From NCBI GenBank assembly GCA_023150565.1, contig JAKLKR010000003.1:17823-81822 (forward strand): a DNA stretch of 64,000 nt, in the 5' to 3' direction. Below are positions 42,427 through 52,047 of the stretch, piece after piece. Origin of the DNA: Planctomycetota bacterium. GTDB taxonomy: Bacteria; Planctomycetota; UBA11346. Position 1 is the first letter of the stretch. Each line of letters begins with the position of its first letter. Under the pieces are notes generated by a model. It saw only the letters and a list, made by a program, of their open reading frames with translations. It did not search any database and was not told the DNA's origin. A program made the position numbers and the translations under genes.

Positions 42427-43794
42427 TCATGGCCGCACGCCTCCTGTCGCCGGCCCCTTCGCTTCGCCTCCCGCATCCGTGGGGAATGGCCGGATGTGGA
42501 TGCCCTGCGCGGCATCCATCGGCGTCTCCTGGAACTCCAGGGCTGAGCGCGCATCGGCCTGTTCCTGGCGCAGGACGACGTTCTGGCAGGCAAAGCCCTG
42601 GACGCCACGCGCATAAAGGCCCCACACGGCCAGGGCTCGTGCGTTCTTGCCAGGTCGGTCGAAGGCGCGAGGCACCTCGTCCGATGCCCGCCAGGACACG
42701 TCCACATCGCGCAAGGTGACGGCGCGGATCCAGCCGCCATCCCACCCCTCGAAACTGAGTGGCGCACGGTACTGGCCGGTGACCCGCAGGCGTTCGACCA
42801 GAAGCCCGTGCAGCGAGCAATCGCGCAGGGCGACCACGTGCAGGGCCGTGGTGACCGCCTGCATGGTCAGGTCGCGCAGCACAATGCCGCTGCTGGCGCC
42901 GGCCATGCCGGGATCCCAGGCCGCCGGCTGGATGCAGATGCCGGCCAGCATGTTGGTACGTCCGCTGGTGCGGTGCGGACGCCCACCGGGGCCGATGAAG
43001 GTGCAGCGCTGCACCTCGAAGCGGTCCACCGGGCCAATGATGCGCACGCCGTTGCACGACGAGTTGATGGCGCAGTCCTCAATGGTGAAGCGTCGCAGAA
43101 AGCAGCCGGCGATGCTGTCGTCACCGGTCACGAAGCGGCATCGCCTGATGGTGATGCCATCGCTCCACTGCTCAGCCGAGCCGCGCAGGTGCACGCCGTC
43201 CCAGCCGCCGTCAAAGGAGCAGTCCTCGATCACCACCTCGTTGCAGTGATGCATGAGAAGCGCGTAGTTGCCGGAATCGCGAATGGTGATGCCGCGGATG
43301 GCGAGCTGGGCGCAACCACCCAGCATGATGGTGTGCGGCCCGCGGATGCGCTCCTCGCCCGCCGGATCGGTCACCGCCCCGCCATCGACGGTGCCGGCAC
43401 CGGTGATCGATACGCGCTGGACGCCTTCGGCGAGGATTAGGCTGCGCAGCCGGTTGCGGGCCGGCAGTCGGGCGTCGGCTCCGCTGTAACCCGAGTAGGT
43501 CTCCGCATCCGCATGGCCGCGCAAGGTGGCACCGGCTGCCAGATGCAGTTCGATGTCGGACTTCAGGCGGAGCGTGCGGGTGAGGAACACGCCAGGGCCG
43601 ACCACGACCCGACCGCCGCCACCGACGGCGCAGGTATCGATCGCCGTCTGGATGGCGGCGGTGTCATCGGCGACGCCGTCGCCGATGGCGCCGAAGGCGC
43701 GGGGGTCGTGGTCGAGGGCGGCGAGGCTGGTCATGGTCGCGGCGAAGAAGATGGCGATGGCGGTGTTGCCCCCGCCGATGGGGAGTCGGTTCAT
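42427..43794 (-). CDS. GH28-like pectin-lyase-fold glycoside hydrolase (exported or anchored)
   Basis: 'FGAIGDGVADDTAAIQTAID', 'GWDGVHLRGS' and 'TGDDSIAG' (GDDxIA motif). ATGA overlap with the upstream gene. Confidence 0.65.
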   Translation of the reverse strand: MNRLPIGGGNTAIAIFFAATMTSLAALDHDPRAFGAIGDGVADDTAAIQTAIDTCAVGGGGRVVVGPGVFLTRTLRLKSDIELHLAAGATLRGHADAETYSGYSGADARLPARNRLRSLILAEGVQRVSITGAGTVDGGAVTDPAGEERIRGPHTIMLGGCAQLAIRGITIRDSGNYALLMHHCNEVVIEDCSFDGGWDGVHLRGSAEQWSDGITIRRCRFVTGDDSIAGCFLRRFTIEDCAINSSCNGVRIIGPVDRFEVQRCTFIGPGGRPHRTSGRTNMLAGICIQPAAWDPGMAGASSGIVLRDLTMQAVTTALHVVALRDCSLHGLLVERLRVTGQYRAPLSFEGWDGGWIRAVTLRDVDVSWRASDEVPRAFDRPGKNARALAVWGLYARGVQGFACQNVVLRQEQADARSALEFQETPMDAAQGIHIRPFPTDAGGEAKGPATGGVRP

Positions 43795-46337
43795 GGCCAC
43801 ACGAACAGGGGGAAGAGGGTGGGATCCTTGCCTCCGTCGATGCCGGGGGCGAGGCGGATGAGGCCCTCCCGGCACTTACCTGCAGGATCGTCGAGATCCT
43901 GGACGAGCAGATTCAGGCGCAGGCCGGTAGTGAGGTCGCCGGCCTCGAACCCGAACGGGGCGAAGGGCAGTTCGAGCCGGTAGACGGTCTCGTCTTCTCC
44001 GCGCTCGACCTGGGCGGTGAGCGCATTGACCGCCGCTGCGGCGTTCCTTCCCGTCGGCGCGATCCAGGCGTGGCGCAGCATGTGACCGTCATCGCCGCGG
44101 GCGAACCCCAGTTCCCACCAGCCGGCCATACCCGGGGCCTGCATGGCGAGCTGCAGGCAGTCGCCGGCCCACATGCCGGCTTTGTCGAACGGCTGGCGAT
44201 GAACATCATCCCGCACGCGTACCAGCAGCCGAAGGGATTGCTGCGTGCGGTGCAGCCAGGCGCGGACCGACAAGTCCTGCGCTCCCTTCCAGGTCAGGTG
44301 CATGGTGGTCGGATCGACATCGTTGCTGTTGACCACCTGGTGGGGGCGGTCGAGGACGATGTCGGGCGCGCGGGCATCGCCACCGCCATCGGGCACCAGG
44401 GTGGCCAGCACCACGGGCACCCGCGTGCTGGCCATCAATCCACCGATGTCGGCATTGAGGATGATGGCCGCATCGCCGGACAGGCTGGCGCCCAGCGGAC
44501 AGTCGATGCGCAGAGCGATCGACTGCTCGGTGCCGCCGGCGATATCGATCACCTGCTCGGGCTCGGGCAGGATCAGCGGGGCAGGTGCATTCGCACCCAG
44601 GCGCACCCGCACCGGCGTGGTCCCGCCCTGGCGCAGCCGCACCGTCAGCTCGGCCGGCCGGCCGGGGACGGCGGCCAGCACCGGCTCGCTGCGCAGAGCC
44701 CAGCCGTGCACCTCGGGACGGGCGCCAGCCCGGCGCAGCACCAGGTAGCCTGGCTCGCGCGCCACCGTCCACAGCACGCGGCCGTTCTGCACAGCCAGGG
44801 AGGTGCGATTGCCCATGAGGTCGATCGCCTCGGCTGCGGTGGCCTGCGGGCATGCGACTACCAGGGCCTCGGCGGTGGCGGTGGCGGTGGCGTTCCAGCC
44901 GACCAGCACCCAGTCGTCGGCGCTGCCGCCGTCGATGCTGCCCGCCCCTTGGAAGGCGCCGACCCAGCGCTCGCAGCCGGCCGCCACGGCGCCGTCGGGC
45001 CGCCGTCCGCGCAACATGCGCGCCATCGTGTCGTAGGCGATCCAGGCCGGACGCGGCGACCAGTCCGGCCAGAACATGGCGTAGGTGTCGGCACTGCCCC
45101 CCGAGCCGTCGCTCCAGATGGTGAACCAGTACCAGCCCTTGGCACCGGTGGCCCACGACCATGCCCCCTTCTGCACCAGGATGGCGGCCTGGTCGCGGTC
45201 GCGCCCGCGCTCGCGCCCGACGGCTGTCTCCGTCCAGTAGAGCTGTCGATCGGCCGCTCCATGCTGTGCCATGAGTGGACGTAGCGATCCTTCGATCTCG
45301 TCGCGCATCATCTCCCAGGTGCCATGGCGGTGGTAGGCCAGCCAATCCCAGGTGCCGGTGGCCTGCAGGGTGCGTACCAGGACGTCGCGCCGATGGGTCG
45401 GGTGGTCCATGTTGGCGAAACCGCCAGTGGTGACCACGCAGGCCGGATCCGCGCGCTTCAGCTCCTCGTGGGCGATGGCCAGCAATTCGACGTACTCCTC
45501 GGCGCTGCCGCGCCAGAACGGCAGGTCGGGCTCATTCCACACCTCCCAGGTGGTGACGCGGCCGCGGTAGCGCTCGGCCAGGCTGCGCACCCAGCTGCGC
45601 CACAGCTCCGGGCGCGGCGGGTAGGTGGCCAGCGGCCAGCGCCGCCGGACATCGATGCCGGCAGCCGCGGCGCGCGCCAGCGTCTCGGGTGACTTGGTCC
45701 AGGCGTTGCCGCCATAGGCGATCAGGCCGAGCGGCGCCATGCCAAGGGCGATCGCACGGTCGATCTGCGCGTCATAGCGGTCCCACCGCATGGCGCCCGC
45801 CGTCGGTTGCACGGTGGACCAGTCGAGGTCGATGCGCACATGCTCGGCGCCCACCACAGCGATGGCACGGGCAGCGATGGCCTCACGCTCGGGTGTGCTG
45901 TCGATGGTCGAATTGCCGAGGTGGAAACCGTCCTCGACTCCGGCCGTGATGCCCACGGGGGCGAACACCGCGCAGGTGGCCAGGCCATCCCGTCGCGCAT
46001 CACCAGCGTGGGCGCTCCAGAAGGCGTAGCGGATGGCGCGCCGGCTGCCCAGGCAGTCGGCCGGCACATCGACATCGACAGCGCCAGCGGCCGGCACCAC
46101 CACGTCGACCGGGGCAGGCAGGACCGGAGATCCGTTGGGATGGTCGGCGATCGTCCAGGCGAAGCGCAGGCCAAGCGTCGTCGCACCTGTGTTGGCAAGG
46201 CGCAGCTTGGCGCCAGCGCCCGGTACGACCACGCGCAGGGGATCACCGGTCTCGAATGCCACGGATAGCGATGCGAGGGGACCAGCCTCGCCGGCCGCGA
46301 GCAGGCCGACGAGAAGGATCAGGGGGATGGAACGCAT
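43791..46337 (-). CDS. Exported clan GH-A TIM-barrel glycoside hydrolase with a C-terminal CBM9-like domain
   Basis: Signal 'LILLVGLLAAGEA'. 'VRIDLDWSTVQP' and 'TWEVWNEPDLPFW' are GH-A signatures. The C-terminus 'DKAGMWAGDCLQLAMQ' is CBM9/DOMON-like. Confidence 0.7.
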   Translation of the reverse strand: MRSIPLILLVGLLAAGEAGPLASLSVAFETGDPLRVVVPGAGAKLRLANTGATTLGLRFAWTIADHPNGSPVLPAPVDVVVPAAGAVDVDVPADCLGSRRAIRYAFWSAHAGDARRDGLATCAVFAPVGITAGVEDGFHLGNSTIDSTPEREAIAARAIAVVGAEHVRIDLDWSTVQPTAGAMRWDRYDAQIDRAIALGMAPLGLIAYGGNAWTKSPETLARAAAAGIDVRRRWPLATYPPRPELWRSWVRSLAERYRGRVTTWEVWNEPDLPFWRGSAEEYVELLAIAHEELKRADPACVVTTGGFANMDHPTHRRDVLVRTLQATGTWDWLAYHRHGTWEMMRDEIEGSLRPLMAQHGAADRQLYWTETAVGRERGRDRDQAAILVQKGAWSWATGAKGWYWFTIWSDGSGGSADTYAMFWPDWSPRPAWIAYDTMARMLRGRRPDGAVAAGCERWVGAFQGAGSIDGGSADDWVLVGWNATATATAEALVVACPQATAAEAIDLMGNRTSLAVQNGRVLWTVAREPGYLVLRRAGARPEVHGWALRSEPVLAAVPGRPAELTVRLRQGGTTPVRVRLGANAPAPLILPEPEQVIDIAGGTEQSIALRIDCPLGASLSGDAAIILNADIGGLMASTRVPVVLATLVPDGGGDARAPDIVLDRPHQVVNSNDVDPTTMHLTWKGAQDLSVRAWLHRTQQSLRLLVRVRDDVHRQPFDKAGMWAGDCLQLAMQAPGMAGWWELGFARGDDGHMLRHAWIAPTGRNAAAAVNALTAQVERGEDETVYRLELPFAPFGFEAGDLTTGLRLNLLVQDLDDPAGKCREGLIRLAPGIDGGKDPTLFPLFVWP

Positions 46338-46345
46338 GGAATTCC

Positions 46346-47125
46346 TCAGTAGCGAGCGTACCAGCGGTTGGGTGGCGCATTGCTGGGTATGAGGTTGGCC
46401 TGGAAGGTGGCGGTATCGGAAGGCATCGCCATTTCGACGCGACCGTCATAGCACAGGACGTTGGAGCGGCCTCGATGGTTGACGCGCCACGACGCATATG
46501 TCCATGGTCCGTTCATGGTCGGAGTGCGGCGCTCGCCGGCGACGTAGCCGCGGGCGGCGATGTCGATCTTGGCGCTGATGTTGGTCGAGGTCCCATCGGT
46601 GTTGATGCCCCAGATCTCGCTGACGGCGATGGTCTGGCTGGGTTGCGGAACGCGAGACCGGACGATGCCGCTGAATCCGCCGGCCATGCCCTGGCTCGCA
46701 AGAAGAGACGCCGGAAGATTGGCGTTCATGCCATAGCTGGACATGAAGAACTGTGCCGCATTGCCGATCTGCGACCGTTTCCAATTGCCGTCCGGACATG
46801 CAAAGTAGGCAGGCGGCTCCAGTGGCCTGACGTCCAGGTGCCCGGCGATCTTGGCGGTCCAGTGTCCCCAGTGGGTGTTCTGGTTGGAGGTGCCCCACGG
46901 TCCGCCCATATCCGCAGCCGCCATCTCCCAGAACGGGAACTGCCCGTCCCAGTCGTTGGCGTAATCCTGCAGCGCCAAGCCGATCTGCCTGAGGTTGTTG
47001 GCGCAGACGGCAGTGCGAGCGGTACTGCGCACCAGCGAGACTGCCGGCAACAGCATGGCCGCCAGGATGGCGATGATGGACACCACGACCAGCAGTTCGA
47101 TGAGAGAGAATGCGCGCGTTGTCAT
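46346..47125 (-). CDS. Type II pseudopilin-like protein: prepilin N-terminal methylation domain plus DUF1559 with an H-X9-DG motif
   Basis: '[26 protein letters not shown]' and '[12 protein letters not shown]' (H-X9-DG). Visibly lower GC than the core genes. Confidence 0.85.
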   Translation of the reverse strand: MTTRAFSLIELLVVVSIIAILAAMLLPAVSLVRSTARTAVCANNLRQIGLALQDYANDWDGQFPFWEMAAADMGGPWGTSNQNTHWGHWTAKIAGHLDVRPLEPPAYFACPDGNWKRSQIGNAAQFFMSSYGMNANLPASLLASQGMAGGFSGIVRSRVPQPSQTIAVSEIWGINTDGTSTNISAKIDIAARGYVAGERRTPTMNGPWTYASWRVNHRGRSNVLCYDGRVEMAMPSDTATFQANLIPSNAPPNRWYARY

Positions 47126-47661
47126 GGTGTCTTCTCCATGGTTTCATAGCCGGGAGGACCAGGACGTTCTTCAAGGATGCGGCCGAGCGAACCGATCAAC
47201 ATAATGCGATCGATGCGTGTGCCGCCACGGCCGAGTACGGCTAGAACATGGGCTACCGGCCATTGCCCCTGCTCGGGATGGGCGAGGCCGACGGCGCTCG
47301 GCCACAACAGGGCGTGGGTCCCGGCGGCTGTGGCATCGACCCGCTGGCCCTGGCCGAGCAGGGCGACAAGAGATGTCAGCGAACGCCCCTGCATGGCGAG
47401 GACTGCGGCGGCAGCACTCGCCGTTGCTGGCTGCGGCAGCAGGTCTGGCACGGGTACCTGTCCCCCGGTCAGCCACACCTCGCCACCGCGCCCTTCGAAG
47501 GCGGTGCGATCTACGCTCGGTGTTGATTCATGCATGAGCCAGAGCGAACCTGTCACCGCCACGGCCGCCGCCGTGAGCAATAAAACGGCTGCGCGTGCTG
47601 GGAACCGGTTCGAGTGAGGTCCTGCCGGTTTTCGATGTGAAGCACGGCCCGAGTTGCTCAT
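47122..47661 (-). CDS. Hypothetical single-pass membrane protein (179 aa)
   Basis: ATGA overlap with the downstream DUF1559 gene. TM helix '[20 protein letters not shown]'. No family recognised. Confidence 0.5.
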   Translation of the reverse strand: MSNSGRASHRKPAGPHSNRFPARAAVLLLTAAAVAVTGSLWLMHESTPSVDRTAFEGRGGEVWLTGGQVPVPDLLPQPATASAAAAVLAMQGRSLTSLVALLGQGQRVDATAAGTHALLWPSAVGLAHPEQGQWPVAHVLAVLGRGGTRIDRIMLIGSLGRILEERPGPPGYETMEKTP

Positions 47662-47794
47662 GATGCTGCTCTGCGGGTGTTGCCTCTGATGATACCTTCG
47701 ACAGCTGACAACCGCCAGTCCGAGGCACTGGGCCTCCGGGCTGAATGCAGATGCTGCGGCCAGAAATGACACCAGTGGGCGCTGGCGACCCCGT

Positions 47795-48952
47795 TCACGG
47801 CGACACGCGACGACGATAGACACCATCGGTCCATGCCAGATACATCCAGGATCCCGCCTGGGCAAAGGAACGGCCGCTGTAGACATCGCGCAGAGGCCAT
47901 ACTTCGATGACGCGCGTGGTGCCATCCTGGGCGATGAGGGGCACGCGCAGCGGAACGGCGCCAGGCCGGCGTCCAAGGGGCAAGCCGGTACTGGCCTGGC
48001 GCCAACCCGCGCCGCGATCATCACTGATCCACACGCCATCGTCGGAGGCCAGCCAGATGCGATCCGGCTTCGCCCGATCCCACACCACCGGGCCCGTGCC
48101 GCCTCCGGCGCGAATGCGGATCCACGACTCACCGGCGTTGTCGCTGCGGTAGATGCCACTGGCCGTCTGCACCACCAGACCGCCCTGATGGTACCGATCG
48201 ACATCGAGGGCAAAGGCCATGTCGCCCTGCAGCGGCATGCCAGAATAGTCGACGGAAGCACGGTCGATGCCGTCGCTGGTGCGCTGCCAGGTCAGGCCGC
48301 GATCGTCGGAGCGGAACACGCCGGCCCGCTCCCCCTCGCCGGTGGCATAGACCGCGATATGTATGCGGCCCCGGCGATGCGGATCGTGGACGATTGCCGT
48401 GATGGTCAGCGATACGTCCGTGCCCGCGCTGGCTGTCGTTCCCGTGGGAAGGCCGGCGGTCACGCGCTTCCAGCGCCGTCCGCCATCGTCGGATGCATAG
48501 AGTCCTCCATCCGTGCCAAGCAGCGCCCGGCGCGGATCCTGCGGGTCCAGCGCCAGGCTGACGGCATTCATGCCACGACCACGGCGGATACCGGCATTGC
48601 TGGCCGTCCACGTGCGGCAGTCGTCTGCGCTGATCCACACGCCGGAGCGCTCGTAGCCAAGCAGCCATCGGCCGGGTGTGGATGAATCCTGCACCATGCC
48701 GTTGTTCACCCCCACGGCGCCGTCGGCATCGGTGGGCGGAGCCCCATGCCGGGTCCAGGTGACGCCGCCATCGCCGCTGCTCCACACTCCGAAAGGACGG
48801 GTGGCACACCACAGGCGCCGCTCGTCGGCGGCATCGCAGCGAACCTGGTAGGCGATGGCTGTGCCGGGCTCGAAGCCCGGCCCAATGGGTTGCCAGGCGC
48901 CCTCGTCTGAGGCGAGAATTCCGATGGAGGCGAGCAGGAGCAGACTGCGCAT
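47795..48952 (-). CDS. Exported BNR/Asp-box beta-propeller protein (sialidase/GH74/Ycf48-like fold)
   Basis: Signal 'LLLLASIGILA'. At least six Asp-boxes: SGDGGVTW, SADDCRTW, SDDGGRRW, SDDRGLTW, SDNAGESW, SDDRGAGW. Confidence 0.8.
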   Translation of the reverse strand: MRSLLLLASIGILASDEGAWQPIGPGFEPGTAIAYQVRCDAADERRLWCATRPFGVWSSGDGGVTWTRHGAPPTDADGAVGVNNGMVQDSSTPGRWLLGYERSGVWISADDCRTWTASNAGIRRGRGMNAVSLALDPQDPRRALLGTDGGLYASDDGGRRWKRVTAGLPTGTTASAGTDVSLTITAIVHDPHRRGRIHIAVYATGEGERAGVFRSDDRGLTWQRTSDGIDRASVDYSGMPLQGDMAFALDVDRYHQGGLVVQTASGIYRSDNAGESWIRIRAGGGTGPVVWDRAKPDRIWLASDDGVWISDDRGAGWRQASTGLPLGRRPGAVPLRVPLIAQDGTTRVIEVWPLRDVYSGRSFAQAGSWMYLAWTDGVYRRRVSP

Positions 48953-48959
48953 GGCCGCC

Positions 48960-49526
48960 CTACTTCGCCACACTGACATCGTCGATGAAGATTTCGCCTG
49001 CCGGACTGTCCGTGGCGCTGAAAGTGACGGCGTAGCCGTGCAGGCGCACGGGCAGGTCGATGACCTTGTCGACCTTGCCGCTCGGCCCCCAGCTGCCGTC
49101 CGGCTTGGCCGCATTCAACGGTATGACCACTTCCCGCCAGCCCTGGCCCCTGGGGACCTTCACCCGCCATTGGAAGACCTCCTCATTCGCGTCGCGCAGG
49201 CGGATGGCGAACTGTTCCACCTGGGCGTCGGGCCCCAGGTAGAGCCAGGCGCGCGCCTCGCCAGCGACGCCCGCGTCGAACATGGTCATCGGCACTTGCG
49301 ACAGATACGAGCAGTCCGCGTAGATTACTTGCCTGTTCGGCCACGACAGGCGCAGGGCTGTGCCCTTGCGGCCGTCCGGCGCGCTGACCAGGGAGACCTC
49401 CGACTTCATGCCATCGGCACCGTGTCCGCGCAGCCCAAGACGGCTGGCCTCGAAATCGTCGATGGTCACCGCCGCGGCGGTGCTGGCCGCGAACAGGTGA
49501 CAGGCAAGGAGGTGGACTGATGTCAT
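48960..49526 (-). CDS. Small exported CBM/CIA30-like beta-sandwich protein
   Basis: Signal 'LLACHLFAASTAAA'. 'VTIDDFE' at the N-terminus and 'GEIFIDDVSV' at the C-terminus are typical of CIA30/CBM11-type modules. Confidence 0.55.
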   Translation of the reverse strand: MTSVHLLACHLFAASTAAAVTIDDFEASRLGLRGHGADGMKSEVSLVSAPDGRKGTALRLSWPNRQVIYADCSYLSQVPMTMFDAGVAGEARAWLYLGPDAQVEQFAIRLRDANEEVFQWRVKVPRGQGWREVVIPLNAAKPDGSWGPSGKVDKVIDLPVRLHGYAVTFSATDSPAGEIFIDDVSVAK

Positions 49527-49601
49527 GGCTGCCTCGGGCTGGGAGGATCCGGTCTGCGCTACAAACCAAATACCAAATTTGGGTCATCTGTCAAGCTGCA
49601 G

Positions 49602-49865
49602 TCAAGCCCAGCCACGACGCAGACGCGAGTCAGGGGATGCGATGGATCCACATACGAGGACGATCGCCCGGCATCGGCGTCCAACCTGGCAAGACTGGGT
49701 GCGCGCGCCGCAGGCATCATTGCAGCCGATAGCCAGCCCAAGATCATGAAATTTGACCAGGATGACATTCAGTCGTCTCGGCATCTCAGCGCCAGCGCAG
49801 AGAGCGGACGCCAGCAAGGGCAGCAGGACGAAACACACAAGTTCCTCAGAAGATCCATTTACCAT
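49602..49865 (-). pseudogene. Possible N-terminal remnant of a sulfatase gene
   Basis: 'LVCFVLLPLLASALCAGAEMPRRLNVILVKFHDLGLAIGC' resembles a sulfatase signal peptide plus 'NIILI..DDLG.GDLGC'. It degenerates afterwards ('VCGSIASPDSR' in place of 'CxPxR'). Lies in a low-GC region. Confidence 0.3.
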
Positions 49866-49917
49866 TTTAGGAAATTTACCGCATGACGTAAGGCGCCAAC
49901 ATCGGACGAACAGCAAG

Positions 49918-49993
49918 ACGAGGTCGCCCAGTGCATCAAGACCATCGCCGCCGAGCACCACATCACCATGGTCGAGAACATCGCCCTCGCCCA
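49918..49993 (+). pseudogene. Third partial copy of flhB 3' sequence (copy C), ending at the 33-bp core
   Basis: Aligns to native 37584-37659 at about 90% identity. It would encode DEVAQCIKTIAAEHHITMVENIALA versus the native DEVAQRIKAIAAEHNITMVENVTLA. Homology stops abruptly after ...CCCTCGCCC. Confidence 0.85.
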
Positions 49994-50255
49994 TGGTCGG
50001 GTGCACCGAGTTCATCGACGCGGCCTGGCAGTACGGGGATGGATCCGAAATAGCCGCTACCTCTGACCCCGGTTTATTCCCCGTATACCGCTTCTATGAA
50101 ACAGCTTATGACCGCATCATGCGGGCGGTTTTCAAGCTCGAAAGCCGGTCTCCGCTGCCAGTTGCGCCCCCTTCAACGATGGCGCGTGGCGTAGCGGGGA
50201 GGGGTGACGATCTGCGCGCGACCAGCGTGCTACCAACCAGGCCGATGTGGTAAGG

Positions 50256-52047
50256 AGTGGCGGTCGCAAAACCCACCTGTTTGGCTGGCCCGCCACCAAT
50301 TCCCCTGGGCGCAGGGGGCCCATGCGGTCATGGGCAGGCGTAGATCGCTCGCGAGAGCCTTTCCAGGCAGTGGATCCAGACCTCCGCCGGGGCTTCGCCC
50401 CTGGCCCCTGATAGGGCGTCCAGGATCCGGGGGTGGCGGCTCTACGCGGCCTTGCGGCGCGATCGTGCGGGCAGGGCCTCAGGGTCGTCCTTGGCCCAGC
50501 AGAGGCGGCCCAGGGTGATGAGGTTGCTGGCAAGGACGGCGGTCTGGAGGAATCGGGCATAGCCGTGGCGACCCTTGTCGGGGCAGCGGCGGCAGCCGCG
50601 GTTGTCTTGCAGGGAGCCGATTGCGGCCTCGATGCCGGAGTGGTGGCGTCGCTGCCAGGTCCAGGAGGCGCTGGCGCTGGCAGCCTGGGCGGCGAGGGCC
50701 TTCTCGCCGGAGTTGGGTAGGCAGGCGTCGGGCAGCAGGTCGGCGATGCGTCGGGCGTTCTCGGGGCTGTGGAATCCGCGATCGAAGGAGGCGCTGGTGA
50801 GGGCCGGGTGCGCGGCCTTCAGTCTTTCGACCAGCGGGATCGCAGCGTCGCGGTCCTGCTGGCCGTTGGGCATGACCTCGGCGGCGACGATGAAGCCGGC
50901 GGCGTCCTCGGCGACCAGGACCCGGTGACCGAACTCAACCGCTGCCCGGGCCTTGCCCCGGTAGATCAGTTCCGTGTGCGGCTCGAAGATGCTGAACAAG
51001 CGATCAGACAAGGCGACCGGCCGGCCGAGGACGAGGCGCTCGCGCGCCACGTGGGTGCAGGTCGCCAAGGCCGTCACGTCGAGCATCATCCAGCGGTGCT
51101 CGCTGGATGCCTGGGCGTGGGTGATGGCGTCGAGCCCCGGTTCGGCCTGCCGGGACTGCCCGCTCAACACCAGCGCTTGGTCGCAGCGCTCGTCGGCGAA
51201 GTCGCACAGGGCGGCGACCGCTGCCGCCAGGCGCTCCTCGCGATCGCGGTGCCTTGACGCCGATGCCCGGCTCGCCGCCAGCACCAGGTGCCGGGACCGG
51301 CGCTCCAGGTGCGCATGCTGGCGCAGCAACGTGCTCCCGATCGCCTCCGCCAGGCGCGTGGCGTGGCGCAGCACCACCCGCAGGCCATCGGCCACCTGCC
51401 GGATGTCGCTGGGGTGGTGTACGTTCGTCTGCATCACGAAGCTGTCGACCCGCACGTGGGTGGGAGCCTCCGGCGCGACCTGATGCCCCAGCCGAACCAC
51501 CCTCCGACTGATCTCGGCAACCGTCTCGGCCCGGACCTTGCGCACATTGCGCCAGATTCGCGTCCAGTCGAACACCTCCTGCTGCTGCCAATCGCCGATG
51601 CCCAGCGCCGCCCGCACCAACCGATGGTTCTCCACCAGGTCCTCCAGTCGGTCATAGTCCAACCGCAGCGCCTCCCGGCAGCACAGCAGGACGAAGATCG
51701 ACCACAGATCCATGCCCGGTCGGCCCACATCGTCGCGGACCTGGCCCAGGACGTCCTGGCGGATCAGCGCCAAAATCGCCTGCCGAGCCTCCAGATCGCC
51801 ATAAACCGCCTGCAGGCCACGCATCATCTTCACCGTTTCATCCCGGCTGCGCGGATTCAGGTGCACCGACATCAACGGGGTCTGGTCGATGCGCTGCTGG
51901 GTCAGAGGGTCATCGATTCGCATGCGAAGATTCCCAGGATGGGGGTGAATGCACCGCGGTTGCCCTGACATTCTCTGGCGTCTTCGACGGGATGAGGTGC
52001 TGAATCCCACGGCATTTCTTCGGTCATTCGCATTTCGCCACGCCCAC
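50256..52047 (-). mobile_element. Insertion sequence (~1.8 kb) with imperfect terminal inverted repeats and a TAAGG(AG) target-site duplication
   Basis: TAAGGAG occurs at 50251-50257 and 52048-54. The ends AGTGGCGGTCGCAAAAC and GTGGGCGTGGCGAAATGC (reverse complement) match at about 11/16. Joining the flanks restores a methyltransferase reading frame. Confidence 0.6.
50442..51923 (-). CDS. DDE transposase (IS4/IS5-superfamily, IS1182/ISNCY-like)
   Basis: Candidate DDE triad contexts 'VDSFVMQTNVHHPSD', 'SFDRGFHS' and 'HSGIEAAIGSLQ'. Start chosen at MRIDDPL (ATG at 51923). Confidence 0.7.
   Translation of the reverse strand: MRIDDPLTQQRIDQTPLMSVHLNPRSRDETVKMMRGLQAVYGDLEARQAILALIRQDVLGQVRDDVGRPGMDLWSIFVLLCCREALRLDYDRLEDLVENHRLVRAALGIGDWQQQEVFDWTRIWRNVRKVRAETVAEISRRVVRLGHQVAPEAPTHVRVDSFVMQTNVHHPSDIRQVADGLRVVLRHATRLAEAIGSTLLRQHAHLERRSRHLVLAASRASASRHRDREERLAAAVAALCDFADERCDQALVLSGQSRQAEPGLDAITHAQASSEHRWMMLDVTALATCTHVARERLVLGRPVALSDRLFSIFEPHTELIYRGKARAAVEFGHRVLVAEDAAGFIVAAEVMPNGQQDRDAAIPLVERLKAAHPALTSASFDRGFHSPENARRIADLLPDACLPNSGEKALAAQAASASASWTWQRRHHSGIEAAIGSLQDNRGCRRCPDKGRHGYARFLQTAVLASNLITLGRLCWAKDDPEALPARSRRKAA

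Noticed and set aside
41995-42430. 432-bp gap between the GH28-like gene and the AraR-type regulator. It contains a 110-aa ORF (42098..42430, minus strand) whose ATG overlaps the GH28 stop codon (ATGA), and a ~54-aa ORF whose TGA overlaps the regulator ATG.
   Set aside because: Both products are Trp/Arg/Cys-rich with no recognisable fold or family, and a competing plus-strand ORF is equally poor. The coupling signals are suggestive but not enough to call a gene.
47662-48261. Upper part of ORF 47122..48261 (379 aa)
   Set aside because: It overlaps the BNR-propeller gene (47795..48952) in another frame. Only the distal 179 codons, from MSNSGRA (ATG at 47661), are free of overlap and were kept as a hypothetical membrane protein.
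49994-50105. Plus-strand reading 'EFIDAAWQYGDGSEIAATSDPGLFPVYRFYETAYDRIM' just after flhB copy C
   Set aside because: It looks protein-like but is short, unanchored by start or stop logic and matches no family I recognise. It may be another gene fragment in the decayed junction.
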